The notes beneath the pieces were generated by a model that ran no database searches, was not told the DNA's origin, and saw only the letters and a program-made list of their open reading frames with translations. The translations under genes and the position numbers were made by a program. Shown one piece after another: positions 54,509-64,000 of a stretch of DNA of 64,000 nucleotides. How positions within the stretch are numbered: the first letter of the stretch is position 1; every line of letters starts with the position of its first letter. This DNA is from an uncultured Pseudobdellovibrionaceae bacterium. GTDB taxonomy: Bacteria; Bdellovibrionota; Bdellovibrionia; Bdellovibrionales; UBA1609. The DNA lies in NCBI GenBank assembly GCA_963803705.1, contig CAWDNU010000004.1, positions 224,001 to 288,000 of the forward strand, given 5' to 3'.

Positions 54509-55696
54509 TTGATCTTCTGCTACAAACAGGAGAAAATGATGATACTTAAGGCAATATCCAGCGATGTGTTAGAAAAGTTAGATGCAAAGTGGAACAATAA
54601 AGACAGGCTACAAAGATGGTCTACATATTATGTAAATGGCCAGATTGTAATTAAAAGAGGCATATTCAGAAGTAAGGGTGGCCCTACCTTTCAAAGGTTA
54701 CCAGTTAGATTCTTTAGGCACTTACCTTTAGAAGAACAAAAAGAGTTAGCTAAACAGCTCAACATAGGTCATGTACGCAAGTTGGTACCTAGAAGGTTTG
54801 TTAATAAAACCAATATCCCAACCCCTTTGTTAAAGGATTTTAGAAATAGATTGCTGATGGATATTCCTAATCAAAACACGGCTAGATGTGTCTGGTCTAA
54901 ATTAGATAGATATGTGCTCACTTGGTTTAGCTCAAAAGATTGTGACTATACGACCTGGCAAAGGAAATATGATACTGAATGGGGTAAGTATTTACTGAGT
55001 ACCGGCTTATCACCCAGAAGTTTACGCTGGATAATATAAACGGCTAATAGGTTCTTTAAGTATTTGCATAAGCAAGATCGGGAGAAATACCCCCTATATA
55101 TATTAAGCCCAATATCAAAAGCGGTATTTAGAAAAGCTAGTGCTGACTGGGATGAAGACGAGAGAAAGCACAGGAACTACATCACTGAAGAGGAGCATGA
55201 AGTTCTACTTAAGAAACTAGATAAAGAGATACTACCCGCCTATCAGCTCTGCTACTACTTAGGTCTTAGAAGGTCTGAAGCTTTGGGGCTTAAGGATCAT
55301 CTAGAATCTGTAAGACGAGACTATTTACTAATCAATAGGCAGCTAGAGAAGTATAACCGATTTGACGGCCCTACATATTCCAGAACTAAGAACAGAAAGA
55401 ACCGGAAAGTACCCTATTAGTTCATTGATGCAGAGAAAACCTACAGGCTAATTAAGAATCTAGGGTTTATTAGCGGTGATTGTATTACACGTAAGTTCTC
55501 AGAGGCATGTAAGGCTATGGGCTACCCGTTTACACTGCACGACTGTAGACATACATTTATCACTAACGCGGTTAATAGCGGCCTTTACGGCATTAATGAT
55601 GTGCGTCTGGCCGTTGGGCATAGTTCGATTAGCACCACAAGCCTCTATCTACGTGACTCAAGGCAACTAGATGATGATATTTGGGTACCTGACTAG
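54509..55696 (+). pseudogene. Tyrosine integrase with two in-frame stops (TAA 55037, TAG 55418)
   Basis: One frame throughout: GLRRSEA, TKN, LHDCRHTF, VGHSSISTTSLY. Confidence 0.9.
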
Positions 55697-55986
55697 AGGT
55701 TTAGTCTAAAGGTTATCTTGTCATAATATTTTTCAAGGCTTTTGTTTGGAGCCTCATTGATCTTAATCTCGATATAATATCTTTTTAATCCACGCTCACC
55801 CATTTGTGCTACAGTAGCTTCACCTTTAATTATGACTGGATCATTCAATTCAAACTTTACTTGGAAGCGCCCATTAGGCTCCTGATCTATAGTAAATTTA
55901 AGGCTCTCTTTCACAGGTTCTACTTCTAATTTAACTAAGAAATGGTGTAGCTGATGAAGGATGGCTGACTCAAGATCATAACTCAT
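55693..55986 (-). CDS. Phage-like hypothetical protein
   Basis: 97-aa ORF within the element, GGGG SD. Confidence 0.6.
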   Translation of the reverse strand: MSYDLESAILHQLHHFLVKLEVEPVKESLKFTIDQEPNGRFQVKFELNDPVIIKGEATVAQMGERGLKRYYIEIKINEAPNKSLEKYYDKITFRLNL

Positions 55987-56057
55987 TCATTCCCCTAGAT
56001 TAGGTGTTACCCAAATGTATCGGGTTATTATTTACTAGTTCTTAGCTTATTCTTTGA

Positions 56058-56264
56058 TTAAATCGGCTCAGTAAAGTCTACGATAGCTTCAGCATATTCT
56101 AGGAGAATGGCCGTTAGCTCTTCATCCTTAAGCTTCTCTAACTTGTTATCTGCTAATAGGCTCATAAACATCTTTAGTATCAGTTCATGCTTCTTATCTT
56201 TATCCATGCCCCATAGTTGCAAAGGGGCTAAGTAATAAAAAAGGCCATTTTTGGGGAATTCCAT
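56058..56264 (-). CDS. Phage-like small hypothetical protein (likely start MDKDKK)
   Basis: Part of a tightly packed minus-strand run. Confidence 0.45.
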   Translation of the reverse strand: MEFPKNGLFYYLAPLQLWGMDKDKKHELILKMFMSLLADNKLEKLKDEELTAILLEYAEAIVDFTEPI

Positions 56265-56587
56265 GCTTTTGAAGCTTCTTCTCTTGCAAAAGTAGCATTT
56301 GAATCTACCTGGTCTATCCTGGCATTAATTTCTTCTAAGCTAGCTTTAATATTGTTATCCCTACTCTTCTGCTCTGTATATTTGGAATAGCAATAGATAA
56401 GGCCCATAACTGAGAAGCAGATTGGAGTAATTATCTCACTTGGATTGATTAGCGCTGAGAATATGAAAAGAAACATCCCAACATTGGGGATTGTCCAAGA
56501 TTTAAATGATGGAAACTTTATTGGCCTGAAAAAGAACCTGTACAAAGTTGAAAAGAAGCGTCTACTGACATTTTTAATTTTATCCAT
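56228..56587 (-). CDS. Two-TM plus coiled-coil membrane protein
   Basis: Two hydrophobic segments then a coiled coil; abuts the upstream gene. Confidence 0.6.
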   Translation of the reverse strand: MDKIKNVSRRFFSTLYRFFFRPIKFPSFKSWTIPNVGMFLFIFSALINPSEIITPICFSVMGLIYCYSKYTEQKSRDNNIKASLEEINARIDQVDSNATFAREEASKAWNSPKMAFFIT

Positions 56588-56836
56588 TTAGTCCTTCATA
56601 AAAAGATTATAAAAAGCTATCTTAGCTTCATCGATTACAATTGGTTTAATGTTTGGTGTGCCCTGCTCTACATTTATTATTTTGTCGTCTTGAGTAGATA
56701 TAATTGAACACATCCAACTACCTTTGTTTTCACCTGATGAAATTTTATGAACAGTGATAGACTTAACTAGAGGAAATATTCTTGCTACTTCCTTTACCGG
56801 CTTTTTCTTAACAACTTTTTTCTTAGCAGCGGCCAT
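56588..56836 (-). CDS. Phage-like basic hypothetical protein
   Basis: Stop/start-abutting operon gene. Confidence 0.65.
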   Translation of the reverse strand: MAAAKKKVVKKKPVKEVARIFPLVKSITVHKISSGENKGSWMCSIISTQDDKIINVEQGTPNIKPIVIDEAKIAFYNLFMKD

Positions 56837-57154
56837 TTACTTAGCCCCTTCTTGAGCTAGTTGTGGAATAAGAGCTGCATCTGGATGATTTTGTGTTTCG
56901 TCTAAAAGATTTTTATGTAAAGACTCTATGAATACTATTGCTTCACCAATGCGCTTATTTGTATGTCCCTGGTATTGACCCTGCATTAACAGGTCATGAA
57001 TATTGATCAGCTGTTTAAGTGAATTAACTTTATCTTTTAAGTCCTTAGGAACTTGTTTCTTTTTATCTTTAGCCATGTATTTCTCCATTTTTATAGGGCC
57101 ATTATGGTGCCTATGTTTGCTTTCATCTTTTTCAGGTAGAAAGCGATTCTCCAC
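56837..57154 (-). CDS. Phage-like hypothetical protein (likely start MAKDKK)
   Basis: GGAG SD before the internal ATG; abuts the next gene. Confidence 0.6.
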   Translation of the reverse strand: MENRFLPEKDESKHRHHNGPIKMEKYMAKDKKKQVPKDLKDKVNSLKQLINIHDLLMQGQYQGHTNKRIGEAIVFIESLHKNLLDETQNHPDAALIPQLAQEGAK

Positions 57155-57378
57155 TAAAATAAGAGCCTCTCACTAGCCACAGCGGAGTAATGCGACTAGC
57201 GAGAAACTGGATGTTTTTGCAGGCCCTTACTATTACTTGGTAAAATTCATATATTTTTAGTAAATTTATTTGTGCAGAACCTTGGGCGACTAAAGGAATT
57301 TTTTAGGTTCAATTAAGTGCGCCACAAATGGTCCCTTAATACTTCTTGGTAAAATATTGAAAAATACCAAGTAAAGGT

Positions 57379-57885
57379 ATGAGGCACTTACGCTTAAAAA
57401 TTAAAGGTATAAAACCAATTAGCGTTAATGATGCTTATTATAAGTCGCGCATGATCTATAATAGAAAGGCAAGGGCATACATCACTGAGTTTCTTACTCA
57501 GCTACTGAAGTACAAGAAAGATATGCAGAAATTTACTAAAGCTTTCGATCCAATGACTGAGTGTTTGAAAGTTAATATGTCAGTATTTATGCCGGAAAGT
57601 GAGATGTACACTAAGGCTGGATATGTATCCCACAGGTCTTCTGATGTAGATAATATGAATAAAGTTACTATTGATTGTCTATTTAACCAGAAGCAAATTC
57701 AAAAAGTGGTTAAGGAATTTCCAATTAGTAATATTTGTATTGATGATAAGTTCATATATGATTTGCAAACTGCAAAGTTTGGCTATGATCAGCCTAGTTA
57801 TTTAATTGTTATTGATATTAAGATTGAGTGCAATCAATCGGCCCACGAGTGGGGCCAAAAGATTTTAAAAAGTGTAACTATTTAA
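57379..57885 (+). CDS. RusA-family Holliday junction resolvase
   Basis: KPISVNDAY, SDVDNMNKVTIDCL, IDDKFIYDL motifs. Confidence 0.8.
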   Translation: MRHLRLKIKGIKPISVNDAYYKSRMIYNRKARAYITEFLTQLLKYKKDMQKFTKAFDPMTECLKVNMSVFMPESEMYTKAGYVSHRSSDVDNMNKVTIDCLFNQKQIQKVVKEFPISNICIDDKFIYDLQTAKFGYDQPSYLIVIDIKIECNQSAHEWGQKILKSVTI

Positions 57886-57926
57886 ATTTCTGATTTTTTT
57901 TAAGTGAGTTGAACTAAAAAACTCTT

Positions 57927-58256
57927 CTATTTATCAAAATCAAATATTGTGCAAGTTGCTTCGTAGTTATAACCCGCTTTATTAGTTTTATTTATTATAT
58001 CAACCTCGAAATTTAAACTACCGTCTAAACGACTAGAAACTTTATCAGTCTCTTCAGCACAGGTTTTATCAAAAACTTCTACTGCATGCCGGTTACTTTC
58101 TGCATACATTTCCATTGTTAGTAGTTTAAATTTCACCTTATCCATAATACCCGAGTAGTAAGTTTTTTCAACTAAGCCCTCATTTGTCACTTTAACCTTG
58201 TCGGCAAAAGCATTCACAGAAATAAATATTAACATCGCCATCATAATACTTTTCAT
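57927..58256 (-). CDS. Small secreted protein (moron-like cargo)
   Basis: Signal peptide, AGGAG SD, upstream TGGCATGAGTATTGA sigma54-like box at 58291-58305. Confidence 0.75.
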   Translation of the reverse strand: MKSIMMAMLIFISVNAFADKVKVTNEGLVEKTYYSGIMDKVKFKLLTMEMYAESNRHAVEVFDKTCAEETDKVSSRLDGSLNFEVDIINKTNKAGYNYEATCTIFDFDK

Positions 58257-58976
58257 TCTAAACTCCTTTGTTTTATTTATAATAACCTATTCAATACTCA
58301 TGCCAGTCAGGCATAGCTTAACTGAAGGTGAGCAAGATTTTAGTGACGAAAAAAGTCATTTTTACAATTCTGGCACCCAAATAGACTCATCAAAGCCACG
58401 TGAATCTTGTAGATATTAATATTGTATCTAATGAAAAAGCGAAGTGTATCAGTCTAGAATTTTTAGACAGCCTTGAAGATTAAACACTAAAGAAATATTT
58501 GCTTGCACTAGGTAAAAACTAACTATATCTCTAGGATTAGGAGATTAAAGTTGGGGAAATTCAAAATCCGGTGCTTCACGGCGTGCCGGTTCAAGTCCGG
58601 CTCGAGGTACCATTTGAAATTCATAAGTATTTTTAAATACTTACAAGTTTCAAAAAAGTCAATTTTACAGAAAACTTGTGTCACGAAAAACACCCGTGTA
58701 ACAAGATAGTAATAAATTTATTTTGTTTAGGTCAGTAGACATGACAGATGTACTATCCTTGCTGTTTGTATTATTAGGTCTCTAACGGTCGTATTTTTGA
58801 TTTGAGCAATGAATCATTAAAACACAAAATCTTAAGTTGAATTTTTAAGTTTTAGATCTACCTTTTTAGTACACGCAATGTATGCAAAGTCCTATGTCTC
58901 TAGTGTTGCAGAAAGTACCACACAACTGCCTGAAGTTAAGATCCTCTCAAATCTATATATAAAACTTGATTTTGTC

Positions 58977-58993
58977 ATGTAACTGAGTTACAT
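58977..58993 (+). promoter_or_regulatory. Palindromic operator of the TA module
   Basis: ATGTAACT-G-AGTTACAT overlapping a TTGATT/TACATT promoter. Confidence 0.6.
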
Positions 58994-59032
58994 TAACATC
59001 TGATAACAATAAGAAACTCTAAGCTAGAACAC

Positions 59033-59311
59033 GTGCTCAAAATGACTAAAGAATACTTAGAGTCAGGCAAACACATTTACGTAGGTCACGCGCAACAAAG
59101 ACTACAAGAGCGTGAAGTGACTAGACTTGAGGTCAAACAGGCTCTCAAAAATGGTTACCACGAAAAAAGAAAAGATGAGTTTAAAGAAGATCATCAAGCT
59201 TGGAACTACTCTATTCGTGGTAAAACTATTGATAAAAAAGAGCTTAGAGTCGCTGTCACATTTAATAAAAACAACATGCTCATCATCACTGTTATTGATT
59301 TGAGTAAGTAA
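59033..59311 (+). CDS. DUF4258-family (RelE-like) toxin
   Basis: HAQQRLQERE, YSIRGKTIDKKELRVAV, IITVI. Confidence 0.8.
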   Translation: MLKMTKEYLESGKHIYVGHAQQRLQEREVTRLEVKQALKNGYHEKRKDEFKEDHQAWNYSIRGKTIDKKELRVAVTFNKNNMLIITVIDLSK

Positions 59312-59327
59312 AAGGAGAAGAGTAGAA

Positions 59328-59780
59328 ATGGCAAATAAGAAAGTTCAAAAAAACTATACAGACTACGGATTTGGTTTTCCTGTTCAAATCATAGATGCTC
59401 CTTTTAAGAAAATTAATGACGAGTGGGCCCTAGATTTAAACTTTGAAAAATATGAAAAAGCTGTTCTTTTGGCTCTTGCAGTAAAGCCAGCTAGGCTTAA
59501 CGGAAATGAAATTAAGTTCATCAGACACCACTTTGAAATGGATCTAAAATCATTTGGAAAAAGGTTTGGAGATGTTGCACACTCAGCAGTGATCAAATGG
59601 GAAAAATTTAAAGACGAACCAACAAACATAAACTGGTCTACAGAAAAAGATATTCGCCTAGCAATTATCGATGAAATGAAGCCACGCCTCTTACGAAAAG
59701 TTTACGAAGAACTTCAGGAAACGGCTCCTAAGAAGAACTTTAAAATCAAAATTGATAAAGATGATTTAAAAGCTGCTTAG
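59328..59780 (+). CDS. MqsA-like HTH antitoxin
   Basis: LNGNEIKFIR..FGKRFG..SAVIKWE HTH; follows the toxin. Confidence 0.75.
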   Translation: MANKKVQKNYTDYGFGFPVQIIDAPFKKINDEWALDLNFEKYEKAVLLALAVKPARLNGNEIKFIRHHFEMDLKSFGKRFGDVAHSAVIKWEKFKDEPTNINWSTEKDIRLAIIDEMKPRLLRKVYEELQETAPKKNFKIKIDKDDLKAA

Positions 59781-59846
59781 AACAGCTCTGTGACCCCCAA
59801 GCTGGCTAATTGTGCCATATATTAACCGTTGAAGACTAAAACTTAA

Positions 59847-60280
59847 GTGGCTAATATACCCACATGTTTCAACTGCTTAGAAATTTTACTTTTATCTTGC
59901 TGCTGTCTGCTGTCTGCTGTAGCAAGCTGTTCCAGTATTCATAAAAATGAAACCTCTATTGATGAACAGTTAGAATCTATAAATATTAATAAAAAGACCT
60001 TCGTTGTCAGAGACACCTCTTTTTACAATACAAATGTTCTTGTTGCTAAAATGCCTGATGACACCGTTATCATTGCCTCATCAATGTATGACACCGTAAC
60101 AACAAACAAAATGGTCGCTTGGATTAAACAAAAATTAAACCCTAAAAAAATCATAGCCATCAATACCCACTTTCATGCTGACTGGACTGGTGGCAACGAG
60201 AGCTATCACAATAATGATGTTGAAATATGGTCCAGCAATCAAACTAAAGATTTTTATTCTAAAAGAGCTGATTCAATGCG
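59847..60280 (+). pseudogene. Subclass-B1-like metallo-beta-lactamase, C-terminally truncated
   Basis: Lipoprotein-like signal, AINTHFHADWTGGN (HxHxD); cut at the IS66 fragment. Confidence 0.7.
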
Positions 60281-60281
60281 C

Positions 60282-60670
60282 TTATGCGTACGTTGGGCGT
60301 AAGCCGGGTATCTTGACTTAGTTTTTTTTGGTTTTGCTTAATGGCAAGCTGAAGCGGAGTCAAAGCTTGTATTTTTAAATTGTTTTGTCTAATTAAATAT
60401 TTTAAATAATCACTGGGATCAAGTTCTGCTTTTTTGCAGCTTTCAATCACTGTGTATAAACTTGCTGCTTTATCAGCACCATTAATTGTCTTTGATCCAT
60501 TAAAGTTCTTTCTACCAAGTACACTATGTCTTAAAGCCCTTTCTGCATCATTGTTTGTTAGCGGTAAACTTACGTCACTTAAAAAAGCTTTAAATTCCTT
60601 CATGTAATTTAGCTCATAATTAATGGCCTCTAACATTTTGCTTTCACCAAAATACTTTGGCTTTGTTTCA
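60282..60670 (-). mobile_element. IS66 transposase (TnpC) 3' fragment; boundaries approximate
   Basis: AINY..LPLTNNDAERALRHSVLGRKNFNGS..AASLYTVIESCK..DPSDYL. Confidence 0.88.
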
Positions 60671-60907
60671 TAGTAAAACTTAACTCCAATATAGATCTTA
60701 TTTATTAAGATTCTACTTAAGTCCACCGTAAAATCGCCACCTCTCATGTTTCTACCGCCGCCACTCATTGCTCTTTTAAGACACTCAGAAATTTGAAATG
60801 AGGTTTGTCGAGCAGGTTTGTCATTTAAGCTCACCTTTATGTAGTTAAAAGAAAGGCCTGCTTTTTAGAGCAAGCCTTCGTTGTTTCCGTTCACCTTAAA
60901 AACAAGG

Positions 60908-61032
60908 GGGCCTGATGAAAAAGTATCAGATTCTAGGCGTCCAAGCTTAAAATCGAATGAGTCGTAGTTTATCTACGTCGAATGAGATTTAAGCGAAGGC
61001 AACAACGAAGATGATGCTTTTTCAACAGGCCC
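60908..61032 (-). mobile_element. 125-bp MITE/REP-like element, copy 2 (inverted)
   Basis: Reverse complement of 35345-35469 with 3 substitutions. Confidence 0.85.
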
Positions 61033-61556
61033 TAGGGGTTTGTGAATTTTAACTGAATATTAGCGCCCGCATAAGATTCTGATATTTCAAGCTTTAGTTT
61101 TGAAGAGACTCTAGCAACAATCATATCCTTTAATTGTGTATTTTGTAACGCTGAAAAATTTATCAACACTTCTTGCTCATCATCTAAAAATTGATTCTCT
61201 ATAAAAATAACTAGTGAGGATACAAATCGCGCGACATCAATGCTGCTTCGCCTTGAAACATTACCGATAGCTATACCGTCTATACTAATATGATAGATTT
61301 CAAGCGTCTTTGACTGAAAGTTTCGCACAAAACCATATTTTAAAAACCCCAAGCGCCCTGTGGAGGCGTTTAATTTTTTCAGGTCAAAAGCTAGGTTCTG
61401 GACATAAGCATCTGTTTGAAAACGCTCTATTAAGCTGTTCTGAATATTTAGTTGGTTTGCAATAGAAGCTTTTCTAATTTGCAGGAGGCGAGAACATTCG
61501 ATCGAGGCCTCTGAATTTACAGAAAAGGCCCATATAATAAAAATCACGAATCTCAT
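61032..61556 (-). CDS. Secreted hypothetical protein
   Basis: Signal-like N-terminus; stop codon abuts the MITE end. Confidence 0.6.
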   Translation of the reverse strand: MRFVIFIIWAFSVNSEASIECSRLLQIRKASIANQLNIQNSLIERFQTDAYVQNLAFDLKKLNASTGRLGFLKYGFVRNFQSKTLEIYHISIDGIAIGNVSRRSSIDVARFVSSLVIFIENQFLDDEQEVLINFSALQNTQLKDMIVARVSSKLKLEISESYAGANIQLKFTNP

Positions 61557-61854
61557 CTTAAAAGGGTAGCAAGATTTATTCCTTTAAACGAAATCTCAAA
61601 GATGAAAGAATCTCTAGATTAGAGATCACATCCAATATATGAGGTTTAAAAGCTCCAGCTCAAGAACAAGAGGGTTTTAATATAGACAGGTCAGAAAGGC
61701 CAAAATCTGATGAAAATTTTCAGTGTATCAAATTGAGAGCTCATAACATAATCTAGACGCCTGCTCAGGCCGTGGACAGCTGAGTTAGTCCAAGATCAGT
61801 CTGGCGCGGCACAGTCTGTGTAAAATCTTTTAAATAAAAACTAAATAATAAACA

Positions 61855-62382
61855 ATGGAGATATTTATGAAGATGAAGAAAAAAATTATTTTAACGACAG
61901 CTTTATTTTTTGTCAGCAACATATGTTTTGCAGTAGGACCTTGTTCAGAAGATATACAGATTTGCGAAGGCCTTGGACCGGACAGCACCACTGCAGAAAT
62001 TTGTATCGATAGGTACGGCCAAACTACTGCAGCCCGAAATTGTGGAGTGTGGATTAAAACGGGATTAATTCAACCGCGAGATCTTTCCATTTGCCATGGA
62101 GGACCGATAGCACTGAACAAGAATGGGTATTCTTTTGATTTTGGCTATAAGTGCCTTAGAACAATAGCTAGGAAAAATCAAACTCACTCAGCGACAACGA
62201 GTGATTATGATTTAGACAAAATTGTAAGCGGATGTAGGGTTGAAGCAACCCGCGGAAGCTCATGGTTTAGGTTTATTAATGGAACTGAGAAAGCATACCT
62301 GATATGTATAGATAAATACCTTAATAATGGGCTCGGTTTATTTTCCACACCAACTGATAACTTTGGCAGAGCTACCTATTAA
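61855..62382 (+). CDS. Secreted Cys-rich hypothetical protein
   Basis: MKKKIILTTALFFVSNICFA signal; many Cys. Confidence 0.7.
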   Translation: MEIFMKMKKKIILTTALFFVSNICFAVGPCSEDIQICEGLGPDSTTAEICIDRYGQTTAARNCGVWIKTGLIQPRDLSICHGGPIALNKNGYSFDFGYKCLRTIARKNQTHSATTSDYDLDKIVSGCRVEATRGSSWFRFINGTEKAYLICIDKYLNNGLGLFSTPTDNFGRATY

Positions 62383-62682
62383 AATAACGGTAGTGCTAGC
62401 TAATTTATAATGCAGATTTAGTTCAGGATTGAAATTGAAACACGAAACTCAGTTGCAAATAGCTGAGGATGAAAAATTAGGTGCTATGGCTGGAGGCCGC
62501 CTCTGAGCCTTAACACTGTTAATTTTTATGTAACCCTCTACATAATGTCTCTCCTCAAATTCTTTAAATTTTTTACAGACTCAGATAATGCAACCTAAGC
62601 TGTTTTCAGGCACCCAATTCTTAATGGTCGTCAGTCCTTCGTTTGCTTAGAATCTTTAGAATCCTGAAACTAGTTAGATTTA

Positions 62683-64000
62683 TTACTGCTGCAAGCTACT
62701 TAGGTGAGGCTTTAAACAATGGGGTCCGACCACAGTTCCAGCATGCTTCCTTAAGCAACTAAGTAAAACATCTTTCGATATGGGCTTGGTCAAGTGCTCA
62801 TCGCATCCAGCTAACCTCGATTCAACCTCGTGCTCTTTCATTGCATGAGCAGTAAGAGCAAGTATCGGTTTTGTAAAGCCTTTGCTACGAATTAGCTTAG
62901 TGGCCTGCAAGCCATCCAGATCAGGCATTTGCATGTCCATTAAAATGATGTCGTAATGGTTTTTCGCAGCCATTGCTACAGCTTCATTGCCATCGTTTGC
63001 GAAGTCCACAACAGACCCTGTACCTTTCATATAAAATTTAAAAAGCATCTGATTTTCAGGACTATCCTCGGCGATTAAAATTTTTATATTATCAATGTTA
63101 CAGTTCAAAAATGACTTTTCGCTATCAACGTTTGCCTGCGCTAGCTTTTGATCAGTTTTATTTCGCATTTTCTGCGATTCCACGACAAACGAAAAATGTG
63201 AACCTATGCCAAGCTCACTGGTAACTAGCTTCACAGTACCCTTCAACATAATTGCTAATTTCTTTGATAGGGCTAAGCCGAGGCCAGTGCCGCCATAATT
63301 TCGAGTGATTGAAGTATCTGTTTGAATAAAGGGTTTAAAAAGTTTTTCTTGATTTTCTGCTGATATACCAATGCCAGTATCAAAGACGTGAAATTCTAAA
63401 TAGCCTTGATCACCTAAGCTATAAAAATCAACCTTGACCGTGACGCTTCCTTTCACTGTGAATTTAATTGAATTAGACAAAAGATTAATAAGGATTTGTC
63501 TTATCCTTAGCGGATCTGAGTTGGTAAATTCAGGTATTGAATCAGAGTATTCAACATATAGCTCTAATTTCTTCTGGTCAGCTTTTACTTTTAAGATAGA
63601 TATAACATCTTCAACTAATGCTTTTGGATTAAAGCTTGAAAAGCTTAGCTCTAGCATTCCAGCCTCGACTTTAGATATATCTAGAATGTCATCGATCAAA
63701 TCCAGTAAGGTTTCGCCCCCGCTTGATATTTTAGAAATTGCGCTCTCACGTTCAACAGAAGAAAGCTTATTATCTTTTAGCATTTCCGTAAATCCCATGA
63801 TCGCGTTCATTGGGGTTCGAATCTCATGACTCATGTTAGCTAAGAAAGAGGTTTTTGCCAGACTGGCCTTTTCTGCTTCCTCTTTTGCAAATTTTAATTC
63901 TTGTGAACGTTTGATATCATTAGTAATATTTAGCACAACGCCAACCAGCCGAAGATTACCTTCTTGTCCCGAGAACTGCTCGCCTTTAACCTTTAGCCAT
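62683..64000 (-). CDS. Hybrid sensor histidine kinase (HisKA-HATPase-REC); 5' end beyond the window
   Basis: FLANMSHEIRTPMN, QILINLLSNSIKFT, GGTGLGL, ILMDMQMPDLDG. Confidence 0.95.
   Translation of the reverse strand, partial: WLKVKGEQFSGQEGNLRLVGVVLNITNDIKRSQELKFAKEEAEKASLAKTSFLANMSHEIRTPMNAIMGFTEMLKDNKLSSVERESAISKISSGGETLLDLIDDILDISKVEAGMLELSFSSFNPKALVEDVISILKVKADQKKLELYVEYSDSIPEFTNSDPLRIRQILINLLSNSIKFTVKGSVTVKVDFYSLGDQGYLEFHVFDTGIGISAENQEKLFKPFIQTDTSITRNYGGTGLGLALSKKLAIMLKGTVKLVTSELGIGSHFSFVVESQKMRNKTDQKLAQANVDSEKSFLNCNIDNIKILIAEDSPENQMLFKFYMKGTGSVVDFANDGNEAVAMAAKNHYDIILMDMQMPDLDGLQATKLIRSKGFTKPILALTAHAMKEHEVESRLAGCDEHLTKPISKDVLLSCLRKHAGTVVGPHCLKPHLSSLQQ

Larger units (their letters stand above)
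54336..58616 (+). mobile_element. ~4.2-kb integrative element/prophage remnant bounded by 58-bp att repeats
   Basis: 54336-54393 identical to 58559-58616 (tRNA 3' half from the anticodon loop); tyrosine integrase next to attL. Confidence 0.92.

Noticed and set aside
58559..58616. Second tRNA-Leu gene
   Set aside because: Only the 3' half is present; it is the attR duplication.
60671..60834. N-terminal part of ORF 60259-60834 as IS66 transposase
   Set aside because: IS66 similarity begins only near TKPKYFGESK; the upstream part looks like a chance in-frame extension.

Overview
AT-rich bacterial chromosome segment; gene content and protein style suggest Bdellovibrionota (inference). Housekeeping blocks: a type II secretion cluster (gspE-K, gspL/M/N, ssb), two divergent Ktr/Trk K+ transporters, relA/spoT-rpoZ-gmk-yicC-miaA-mutL, dut-M16 peptidase-pnp-rpsO-truB-rbfA-infB-nusA-rimP, and tRNA-Leu(CAA). 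Several essential genes are broken by 1-bp indels, most likely long-read assembly errors. Accessory highlights: (1) two IS256-family elements (<1-818 + and 19438-~20800 -) share ~80%-identical non-coding segments between the transposase stop and the right terminal repeat, but each carries a different secreted-protein gene in the same slot; (2) five dispersed giant hairpins with 50-66 bp self-complementary arms that differ between copies around a conserved bulged core; (3) a 37-bp periodic unit just upstream of the Shine-Dalgarno of both nusA and rpsO; (4) a (TAAATAC)49 array upstream of a decayed HNH gene; (5) a 4.2-kb integrase element bounded by 58-bp att repeats at tRNA-Leu; (6) a 125-bp MITE-like repeat, two TA modules and a metallo-beta-lactamase-like gene truncated by an IS66 fragment. 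All identities come from hand alignment; no database searches were run.
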